A stretch of DNA of 64,000 nt from Phyllosticta citribraziliensis (Eukaryota). The first letter of the stretch is position 1; each line of letters starts with the position of its first letter. Location of the stretch: the NCBI RefSeq assembly GCF_038025025.1, contig NW_027117338.1, forward strand, positions 2,852,001 to 2,916,000, in the 5' to 3' direction. Below the pieces are notes generated by a model. It saw only the letters and a list, made by a program, of their open reading frames with translations, ran no database searches and was not told the DNA's origin. A program made the translations under genes and the position numbers. Shown here one piece after another: positions 11,582 to 22,200 of this stretch.

Positions 11582-13064
11582 TGATGAGCATTTGTGAGAC
11601 GCGAGTGGGCATGGGCTTTCTGACAGGTCGACTGCTGGGGGGTTTTGGTTTCGGGGATTGTTTTTTTTTTTTTTTTCCCTGCAGGCTGAGCGTTCAGGAA
11701 CAGCCCCGGCTGTACATGGTGCATCCTACCTCATTTTAAACACGGGGCCCTGTATTCTACGAGATCACTCACTTTCTAATGACATTTCCTGAGAAGGTGA
11801 CGGGGTTTTGGAGGGGATCAGATCAGATCAGATCAGATGCATTTTGGTGTTGGCCGGATTAGGCAAGCGCAACAGGAGCGGTGGAGACCGGGGTTAGCCG
11901 TCCAGATGCACAGCCACGGTTGGTCACTGCAGAGACTGAGGGGCCGTGAGCATTGAATGACTTCAGCGAGGCATTTGCTGCCGCGTGGAACACCCTGGCC
12001 GTCCATCTGTGCGTTGGTTGGGTCCACGAGATATTTTCTTTGGTGGTGCTGCCGTCCATCTCGGAAACACCAACAGCAGTGCAGCATCCGAGACGGCAGC
12101 AGAGGCAGATGATGGCCTAGCAATGAAATGACAAGACAATCATGTGCCAAGTAAACAAAGACAGGCGGCGGCGTGCTTGTGCAAGCAACCTCACCCCAGC
12201 TTGCCAACGTTTCGACTTTGTCGTCGGCCAAAAGTTTGGGCCGGCAGAAACGTTTCACATGGCGTTCAGTTTCCCTGCAGCCGGGGGGTTGGTACTTAAG
12301 GCCGTCATTGACTGCTGCCGGCCAGGTGGAGAGAGACGTGGTCCTCGGGTGCGAGGAGCCGGGCGAGGTGGCTAGGTCTGGATGCCGCAACAGGATGTGT
12401 GTGCATTAATTAGCAGATTGGGATTCAAGAGGGCGCGCGAAGCAGAAAACGGCAGCCGAACAGATGGCGTCAAGTGGCGCAGTTCGCATCTAATGTCCAT
12501 GAGAGAGGTCGGCTGCTTGGCATCAGCCCGCGCGAACTGCTTGTGTGCGGGCGTGTGTGGGAGCCCCAGCACCCTGCGCACCCACCGCCCTCTACTGCTG
12601 CTATCTGACATTTTCCCCCTGCCCTGCTCATCGCCTCAGCTCTTCTTTCTTCTGTCGCTAGGTCATGTCCGCCTGGCCTCGCCCATTGCCGCACGCCTGC
12701 CGCAATTTTCCTCCTTGAACGTCGGTCGTGGTTCTTTGACTTTTGCCCACCACCACACACCACCACCGGCGCCTCCCCGACAACACCACCACCTCACCCG
12801 CACACGCCATGAATTGACGCGACCTTCTCTTCACGGCCGACAATTCTCCTTCACCTGCGGAAAACAGTCTCCTCGCCCGCTCCCTGCCGCCCATTTGGAA
12901 ACATCCCAGCCGCTTTCCTGCGGGGCGCCTTCCCCGCGAGCGAACGCGCCGTCTCTCCCTCTCGAGACTGAGGTCTTTATACCATCGCCTAATAGCCGGA
13001 CTTGTGCGACACGCCACCCACTCGCTCGGTCCCCTCGCACCGGACAGGGCGACCTCTCGGAATC

Positions 13065-15787
13065 ATGTTCAAACCCCTCATGGAGACGGGTTCATTCCTG
13101 AGGGAGCACGTCTTCAGCCACATCCCCAGGCGCATCCGCTTCCGCTGGCCGCGCTTCAATTTTATAGCTCTACACTGTACGTCTGCCACCGCCCGCATTC
13201 CTCAGGACAACTCTTCTGACACCTCACTCTCTAGACCTTTACCTCGTAATATGGACCCTCATCGGCTCCATCCTGATATACCCCGCCGGTCGCCTCGATT
13301 ATGTCGACGCCCTCTTCTTCGCCAGCGGCTCCGCGACGCAAAGCGGTCTCAACACCATCGACGTCAACAAGCTGCTATTCTACCAGCAGCTGGTTCTCAT
13401 GTTGGTGGCTTGCGTCTGCAACCCCATCTTCATCAACACCTTTGTCGTCTTTGTCCGCCTCTACTGGTTCGAGAAGCGCTTCCAGGGAATCGTCGCCGAG
13501 GCACGCAGCAAGAACCGCAACACGCGGTCCCGGACAAAGAGCGAGGCTATAGATGATAGGGATATTGGGCGAGAGGAGCAGGGCGTCAATGGCCGAATGA
13601 TTACGGTCATGCGCGACGCCGAGGGCCACGCCAAAGGCAGGAAGTGCAACGTCGATGGCGAGATGGATGAGAAGGACGCGTCCGCCCTGCAAACGGCAAA
13701 TCCGTCGTCGTCGAACAGTGGAAGTGGTCGCACAGCTACCCCTGAGGACAAGACTTCGTCTCCCGAAGGTCTGGCCGAGGACAGCACCGTAGACACAACC
13801 AACGACGAAAAGCATCCGATCAATCAGCCATTCACTCGAGACATCAAGTTTGCCGACGATGTCAACCCACCTGGCCCGCAAAAACGCATGTCCGACTATT
13901 CCAACTCGGATCGTATACCCGCCCGCCGGACGGCTGAGCAACATATAGCATTCGTTGAAAATCAGCGCAGGCCCAAGACGAAGGGCAGGCTATATATTCC
14001 CGGCCCGCGAGATTTCGACCGCGGCGACAAGCCGAAACGCGTGGATGACGAGGAGGGCAACCTGGCACTTGGGCCGGAGATGACCAATGACTCGGGTGCG
14101 CGAGGGAAGGACCAGGACGAAGCCCGACAACCCGCTGACAAGGTCGATCCCGATGTCGTTGGCAACGATGAGCACACCGGTTGGAGGAGACACTTCCATT
14201 TCAACGAGGAAGAAGATGGCTTCCGTGGGAGAGTGGGCTCTAGAGTTGCCAACATCCGGCGCCGAATCACCAATCAGAACGACGACGATGAACCTCCCAG
14301 CGGCCTGCGATCGAAGAACAGGACTTCGACGTTCAAGAGCTTCATGACGACAAGGAGTCAAGACCGCACGAACGATCCCATGCCATATCTCAGTTGGACG
14401 CCGACGATTGGTCGCAACTCGGCTTTCGTCGACTTGACGGAAGAGCAGAGGGAGGAGCTTGGTGGCATTGAGTACCGCTCCTTGAAGACATTGGCATTCA
14501 TTTTGGTGCTTTACTTCGTTGGGTTTCATCTGCTCGGCATGGTCTGTCTGCTGCCATGGATCATAAGGTCGAGCTACAATGGCAACGTCTTGAGGCCGGT
14601 CAGTGTCAACGCAACCTGGTGGTAAGTTTGATCATGACCGTTCGTTGAATGAGCGCTAACACTCTACAGGGGCTTTTTTACGCCGGCTTCCCTATTCAAC
14701 GATCTCGGCTTCACATTGACCCCGGACTCGATGATCTCGTTCCAGGATGCCGTTTTTCCCTTGCTGCTCGGAAGCTTCCTGATCATTATCGGCAATACTG
14801 GCTTCCCGTGCATGCTCCGCTTCGTCATTTGGATCGCCGAGAAGTTGGTTCCGTATGGCAGTAGTGTCTGGGAGGAATTGAGGTTTCTCCTGGATCACCC
14901 AAGACGGTGCTTCACGCTCCTCTTTCCATCGGGTGCCACGTGGTGGCTGTTTTGGGTTCTTGTGCTACTCAACGGCATTGACCTGATCTTCTTCATCATC
15001 CTCGACATTCACGACGACACGGTGACGGCACTCCCAGCTGGATATCGAGTCTTGGACGGTCTCTTCCAAGCCGCATCGACGCGCACTGCTGGGTTTGCGG
15101 TGGTCAACATTGCCGAGTTACATCCTGCGGTTCAAGTTTCGTACTTGATCATGATGTACATTTCCGTCTTCCCCATCGCCATTTCCATGCGCCGCACCAA
15201 CGTCTACGAAGAAAAGTCACTGGGCATCTGGGCAGGGGACAGCACCGAGGTTGAAGACGGGGACCAAATGCAGAGCTACGTCGGAACGCATTTCAGGCGA
15301 CAGCTCTCCTTCGATCTGTGGTACATCTTCCTGGGCTTCTTCTTCATCGCCATCATCGAAGGGTCACGGCTCGAAAATACCAACGACTACAGCTTCACGC
15401 TCTTCAGCGTACTCTTCGAAATCGTGTCGGCCTACGGCACCGTCGGCCTCTCGCTCGGCTACCCCAACGTCAACACGTCCTTCTCGGCCCAGTTCCGCCC
15501 CCTCTCCAAACTCATCATCATCGCCATGCAGATCCGCGGCCGCCACCGTGGCCTGCCATACGCACTCGACCGCGCCATCCTGCTGCCGTCGGAGAACCTG
15601 CATCGCAAAGAGGCCGAAGACGCCAGCCGCCGCGCCCGCCGCAACTCGGGCTTCTCGGAGCGCGAAAACAGCCGCGACGGCGACGGGCGCAACTTGTCTG
15701 GCGGCGGCGAGGGCCTCACGGGCGTGCGCACGGCGTCGACGCGCAGACCCAGCCAGGCGACGACGGCAAAGGACTGGATTGGCGGTA

Positions 15788-15820
<33 letters not shown>

Positions 15821-15987
15821 GTGGTGCTGTGAGTGGCTCCGCTGTCGACGACGAGATCACACCGGCGCCGCATCAGTGGCTTGGACGCAAGCCGCGCACG
15901 GGGAGTGCGGCGGGGCTGACGAAGTTGCTGTCGGGGGCGCTGAGCGCGGGACCTACGATGGGGCGGGAGCGCGAGAAGCATGCGTAG
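13065..15987 (+). CDS. TRK1: TRK/HKT family potassium transporter
   Basis: Introns 13177-13234 and 14622-14669. Four MPM filter motifs (ATQSGLNT, FNDLGF, TRTAGF, YGTVGLSLG), PYLSWTPTIGRNS, ELGGIEYRSLK, RGRHRGLPYALDRAILLP. Confidence 0.93.
15790..15825 (+). repeat. (GGC)9(GGT)3 coding repeat giving Gly12 in the TRK C-tail
   Basis: Read directly; in frame with the TRK ORF. Confidence 0.95.
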
Positions 15988-16889
15988 GACGCGCGGGTGC
16001 GGATGCGTTTTAGACTCGTTGGCTGGTTTGGTTGGTGAATTGGTGTTCTTTGCTTCTTCTTCTTGGGTAGCAGTCTAGCAAGCGCTTCGTCGTTTTCGTT
16101 TTATATATCCCCCCGCCGGCCCCGCTAGGTTGAGGTTTTTTTTTTCTGGCGGAAATGGCCAGCCAGTATGGTACCGTGGCCAGCAGTTTTTGGCTTTGGT
16201 CTTCGACTTGGGCTTTTCTTCGTAGACTCGTTCGTTCGTTCGTTCATTTGTGGATCTGACTTTTCTCTTTCTCCCTTTCTCTCTCGGCGCGCTCTTGCCT
16301 GGCTGCTGGCCTGTTTTCCGGCCCTTGCACAGCCAGCCAGCCGGTCGGGCCGCGCGCGTGTGAGCGAGCGGCCTTTTTTTCTTCTTCTTCCTCTCTCTTC
16401 TTTGTTTATATTGCTGTGAGTATGTATGTGTGTGTGTATCTAGATGATCTACCTGTTTCTAGCCTTTCCTCCCTTTTTTGTCTTTTGCCCCCTTCTGTTT
16501 TCTTTCTTTCTCTCCTTTTCGAAGTGTTGGCGTGCTTGAAGAGAATGGTTGGTGTGGTTGGGGTTGGAGTGGAGTGGAGTGGATTGGATTGGATTGGCTT
16601 GGCTTTGACGCGGTGTAGTAACTGACTGAGCGGAGACTGGCTGGATGGGTTTGGATTGGATTGGATGGAGTGGAGGGACGGAATCTTTGTGGCGGGTTTT
16701 GGCTGATGGCTGGTTGGCTGGCTTCCTGGCAGGGCGAAGCAAAGGAAAGGATACATAGGGATACGGTGTTGCAGGAGAGAGTTGGTGGCAGATCAAAGTC
16801 AAAGAGGAAGTCGAACAATGGATGAATCAATTCATGTCTCATAAACCATGCCATGCCATCATGCTATCGTCGACCTTTGACTTCCCACT

Positions 16890-16909
16890 CCCCCCCCCCC
16901 CCCCCCCCC
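16890..16909. repeat. C20 homopolymer (G20 on minus strand)
   Basis: Read directly; just 3' of the SPRY gene stop codon. Confidence 0.95.
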
Positions 16910-16915
16910 TGCTCA

Positions 16916-18148
16916 TCATTCCATCCCCTTCTCATCCGGCTTAAAAAGCCAATCCTCCCGATTGAAGAACACCTCAAAATCCACGCCGCCAAACAAGCCA
17001 ACCGCGCCATACAAGTCGCACTCGCCCTCCAGGCCCTCCTTGCCGCCGAGCGCGCGCTCGTCCAACTCGCCCGCCATGTCCCACCCACCAGCACGCTGGC
17101 CGTTGCGCGTGAAGAAGACATCAACAGCGACGCCGGGGATGCCTCTGCCGCCGCCACCGGTGCCGTACGCAGGAGGCGCGTCGCCAGTCGTCGGGGGCGC
17201 GCGGAAGACGAGGCCCAACCCCACGCGCTCGCCCGCGCCCCACGCCGTCGTGAAGTCCGCGCCGCCAAACGTGTCGTTGACGTAGCGGCGGCCGTCGTCG
17301 CCGTGCACGCCGAGCGACCCGCGCTGCCAGCCGGGCAGCCGCCACGACGGGTGCGGCGGCGCGACGTAGCCGATGGCGAGGCCGGCGTCTGCTTCCTCCA
17401 GCGATGGCGAGGTGGACGAGGAGGCGATGCCGCCGATGCCCAGGATGCCGAGTTCGAAGTAGACGGTCGTTGTTGCTGGTTTGGGGTAGGGGGAAGGGGG
17501 AGAGGGGTGGAGTAAGGGGTTGTGAGCGCGCGCGCTGTACAGCGGCAGCGCCGTGACAAGACATACGTCGCGGGCGCGGCTGTGCGAGCGGCCGGCGTAG
17601 TAGCCTGGGCGGTTTGCACGCCCTGTGCCGACGGCCGCGCGCAGCTCGCCCGCGAAGCACGACGGCGGACTGGCGAATGCGACGTGGCCGGCGCGCAGGG
17701 CGGCGAGCTGGGCCGGCGTCAGGTGCAGCGGCGACGAGAGCGGGTGCGCCAGGCACCACTTGTAGGCGGCTTCGCCGTCGGCGGCGCTGGCGTTGGCGGT
17801 GGGCGACACGGTATATGTGAGCGGTGGGGGAGGGGGCAGCAGCGCGTTGTCGGGGATGATGGTCCAGTCGTGGTACGGTGGCGGCTCAGCTGCCGCTGTT
17901 GACGCTGATGCTGATGCTGCTGCGGGTGCGGTCCAGTTTGGTGGTGGGCCTGGGGGAGGAGCATATTGTGTGGAGGATGAGGACGAGGCTTCTTGGTGCT
18001 GGTTGTATGCAGATGACGAGGAAGGTTTTTTGTCACTTCGGTTCTCTTCCAAGCTGCTATAGCTTGGCGGTGGCTCATAAGACTGACTTTGTCGCTCATT
18101 CCCGTCGCTATCATCGCGGTGGTGCAGTTTCTTGAAGAAGCTGCGCAT
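16916..18148 (-). CDS. SPRY-domain protein, Ssh4/Ear1-like, with PPxY motifs
   Basis: Single 410-aa ORF. SPRY-like motifs VYFELGI, IGYVAPPHPSWRLPGWQRGSLGVHGDDGRRY, VGLG, FFTRNG. PY motifs PPSY, PPPY, PPAY. Confidence 0.8.
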   Translation of the reverse strand: MRSFFKKLHHRDDSDGNERQSQSYEPPPSYSSLEENRSDKKPSSSSAYNQHQEASSSSSTQYAPPPGPPPNWTAPAAASASASTAAAEPPPYHDWTIIPDNALLPPPPPLTYTVSPTANASAADGEAAYKWCLAHPLSSPLHLTPAQLAALRAGHVAFASPPSCFAGELRAAVGTGRANRPGYYAGRSHSRARDVCLVTALPLYSARAHNPLLHPSPPSPYPKPATTTVYFELGILGIGGIASSSTSPSLEEADAGLAIGYVAPPHPSWRLPGWQRGSLGVHGDDGRRYVNDTFGGADFTTAWGAGERVGLGLVFRAPPTTGDAPPAYGTGGGGRGIPGVAVDVFFTRNGQRAGGWDMAGELDERALGGKEGLEGECDLYGAVGLFGGVDFEVFFNREDWLFKPDEKGME

Positions 18149-19217
18149 CTTGGTGGTTGTTGCGATGATGTGGATAACTGTTTGTTGGAAGAGATGGAGT
18201 TCAAGTGACGTAGCCTAGCTATTGCGCAGCGCTGCTGCCGTGTCCCGATTTTCTGATAGTTGTTGCAGTGCCAGAAGAGTCTCTGTTGAGGATGTTGTGC
18301 TGTGACTTGGATGATTCTTGGCTCAAGTTGGTTGTTGAAGCTTTGGTGATGACGGACTGCCGTCATACATGTAGTCAAGAGACTGGGACCAAAGAGGCTA
18401 GCGCGTGGCTGTGCTGAACGCCGCACTTCTTTCACCCCCTTCGTCCACCAAGCGCGTACAAGGTCGAAATTCCTACGTCAAGACACTCGAGCACTCTGGA
18501 CCAATCTGATGGATGTGAGGAAATGTGGGCAGAAGCAGAGTCGCTCAGATTGTTGGTTGTAACTGTGACACTTTACTTGGCGCGTGAGGTGCGGCGTATA
18601 CCATTCCTTTCTGTTTCTCTTGCCATCCGGAGGCGACAAAGACAAGCAGGCATGGCGTCAGCCCTGGCTTTATGATTCGTACATTTGCTGCCGGCGGCAG
18701 CAGGTTCGAGAACTGCTTAACATGAGTAGGCATCACATCCCCTCAGCCAAGCTCTACCAACAATCAGGAGTTAGGTAATAGAGAGCGGCAAACAGCCATC
18801 TGCAACCGCAGACGCTTCATTTCCTTGTTGAATAATACTAGTACAGGTGAGTCGAGAAGAGTAAAATGAGACATGATGAAGAGTAGGCCACCGCATGCTC
18901 TTGTCTCCAGAGTCCATCCAGTCCACCACCACGCAGAAGAGGCGATCAATCATCAGCCCCCAGCTACGAAAGCAACGCCCGCAATGCAGTATTTTGAGAA
19001 AAAAACACCTCGTCTGCCGCACCTCCCTAGTAGACAAGACAACAGAAAGAGCTTACAAAAAGGGGCGAAACCTAGCCCACACAAATACACATCCGTCCCG
19101 TTCAATTCTCGTCGTCAGTTTGAGGAAGATGAGAAACAAAAAACACCGCTCGCCATGCATCATGTCAAAAAGTCGAGGAGAGAGACACGTCTTTCGAAAC
19201 AGATAATACAGTTGCTA

Positions 19218-22200
19218 CTAGCGACGCCGCCGCACCCGATGCTCCTGCCCCTTCCGGTTCCTGCGCTTCCTGTCGGGCGGCGGGCCAAGCGGCACGTCCT
19301 TCATCTCCCACTCGCCGAACCTGACCATGTACTCGTCAACGTGCGGCCGTTCGTCGTCGTTGTCGTCGTTGTCATCATCGTCGTCGTTCGGCTCAGCTCC
19401 CGGCGTGGGCGGCACCGACGCCTTGGGCGTCGCGCTCGGCCGCGAGCCGGCCTCGTTGAAGTCTTCGTCGTCGATGTGCACCTCGTGCACAATCTCCTTT
19501 TGCGCGAGCTTGGCCGCTTCGGCGTCTTCTTGGTCTTCGATGCCTTCGAGGACGGGCCCCATTCCCGACGCGTCGGGGCCGCCCATGTTGCCGAGGACTC
19601 TGTCCATGGCGGCGCTTGCGTCGGCGTCTTCGGCTTCGGGAATCTCCTCCAGCGCGTCCTTGTACGTCAGCCGATTGAAGTAATCCGTCGTGAAGTCGCC
19701 CTTTTGGATAATGACATCATCCAACAGGCGCTTCTGGTTTGACTTGCGCAGGATGTTGGCCTCAATCGTGTACTCTGACACAAACCGGTAAATGTGCACG
19801 TCGCGAGTCTGGCCGATGCGATGGCAACGATCTTGACATTGCTTGTCCATGGCGGGATTCCAATCAAGGTCGTAGAAGATGACGGTGTCGGCGCCAGTCA
19901 GGTTGATTCCCAAACCACCCGACCTCGACGACAGGATGAAGCAGAGAATCCGAGGATCATTGTTGAAGCGGTCCGTCAAAATCTGGCGCTGCTCAATCTT
20001 GGTAGCGCCGTCAAGTCTGAGATAGCGGTGGCCATGGATGTTCAAGAATTGCTCCAACACATCGAGGACCTTTGTCATCTGAGTGAAGATTAAAGCGCGA
20101 TGACCGCCAGCTTGCAGTTCACGGAGGAGCTTGTCAAGCCGTTGCAGCTTTCCGCAGTCGAATTGCAACAGCCGCTTGTCGGGGAACGCAATGGACAAAC
20201 GGACTCGAGACTCGTGGAAAGGGTCCGGGCGCTTGACGTCTTGAGAAGCACGAACCATGCCTACTCCCTCTTCTCCCAAAGTCAGGAGCGGCATATCGTT
20301 GGCGACAGCAGCAGGCGTTACGCAGCTAAACTTTTGAACGGCGGTCTTCATGGCTTCTGAACGCTCCTCCAACGTCTGGACCATGTGTTGCCATGCTACA
20401 GGAGTGTTCATGTACCACTCAAGATGACTCTGCTTTTTCCGCGGTGCTCGAGCGGCGATGAGCTGCTGCGGGAAATCTTGAACCATAAGTCTATCGATGA
20501 GGCCTGTGCCATAGACTGGGGTCCTTTGGGCTCGCCGTTGCGTAAAGTGGAGGCAATTCTGGAAGTGCTCGAGTGTTGACCGGTGCGATGCTTGTTCGAG
20601 ATGATTGTGGATCGAGTCGAGCGATTGTCCCTCGATGCGGTCTGTCCTCTTCAGTCGCCGAGTCTGTCGCTCAATCAGACCCTCGAGCGGTCGAGTTGCC
20701 TGGATAGTTTGAATCCGTTTGGTGACGACCGACGAAGTCCGTTCCTTCTTGGGAATGATGAGATTGAGAAAGTCGAGGTCCAACTTGTCGGCCTCCTTCT
20801 CCTCGAGCAGGCGCTTACGAACGAGCAAGTCCTTGACCTCAAAATCGGCCACCACGGACCTTTCCATGGCGAAGGAAGTGACGATTTGGCGAGTCTCAAA
20901 AAGATCTGGATGGTTGCAAACCTTGCGCAAGGACATGAGGCAATTCATGATGGACATGTAGTTGCCGCCGGAAAGGATTTCCCTCGTGTCTGCCCGACCC
21001 ATGAACCCATCGTACAGTTGTCTTTGTCTTTTCGACAGACGGCAGTATACAACATGTTCGTACTTGCCAGGCATTTGCTTCTCGACGTCGACCTTCAGTC
21101 TCCGCAGAAGATACGGTCGCAATACCTCGTGCAATTGCTTGACGGTTGCTTGGGCTTCCGCATCGAGCTCTTGGCGGCCTTGGTCTAGAATCTGATTTGC
21201 GGGTCTAGCCATGGCCGTGGTGAAGTTGCTAAGAGCGGCAAAGCCGCCTTGCCCGTCGTCCCCTGACGGCATCAGAAAGAACAACAACGACCAGAGCTCC
21301 TGCAGATTATTTTGCAGCGGAGTGCCAGTGAGTAAAAGTCGCTTGTGCGTCTTGAAGTTGAGCAGCGTCTGCCAGCGTTGGGTCTGGAAGTTCTTGATGT
21401 TGTGTGCTTCGTCCAGAATGAGGTAATGCCAGCTCCGCTTCTTGAAGGCCGCGGCGTCGTGGAGGATAAGTTGGTAAGACGTGATGACCACGTTCCACAT
21501 GTCGTCGTTCATCCAGCCTTGTCGTTTACGCTTGCGCTCCTCTATGGATCCGTAGTATGCGAGGACTTTGAATCCCGGACAAAACTTCTTGAACTCCATC
21601 TCCCAGTTGAGCATGACACTGGTTGGTACCACGACAAGATGCGGACCCCAGATTTCTCGCTCGACAGCCAAGTGGGCGAGCAAGGCAATTGTTTGAATTG
21701 TTTTACCCAAACCCATTTCGTCGGCAAGAATACCATTGGTGTCCCCTTCGTAGAGCCCTGCCAGCCAGTCCAAACCTTCGTGTTGGTACGGGCGAAGTTG
21801 GCCGCGAAAGAGGGACGGGACTGGGGTCTTGGTCGACGGGACTATTTCTTCGATCGATTCGTCCTCGTGTACGGGAGCCCCGTTCTCTGCTTTCTCGATG
21901 TCTTTTGTAGGTTCAACGAAGCCGTTTGTGGTCGTTTTTGGAGAGTTCTGCGCATCGGCTTGGGCCGAGTCGGACGAGTCCACTGCATCGACTGCAGCTA
22001 GTTCTTCCACATGGCCATTCGCCTTGGGCTTGGAAATGTCGCCGTTGGTGTGAAGCTCTCCTGGGTCCTCTGTCGTATCCGCATCTGGGGATATCTCGGC
22101 AGCTGCGTCAACGTCCTGGCCAGGGTCCTCAATGCTCTCGGCAGCTTTCTTCTTGAGCTCGGCAATCTCTTGAGCGGAGAGAAATCCCATCATCCCAAGT

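Noticed and set aside
18873..19742. 289-aa plus-strand ORF overlapping the SWR1 3' end
   Set aside because: Mostly antisense to SWR1 and its UTR; composition is not protein-like.
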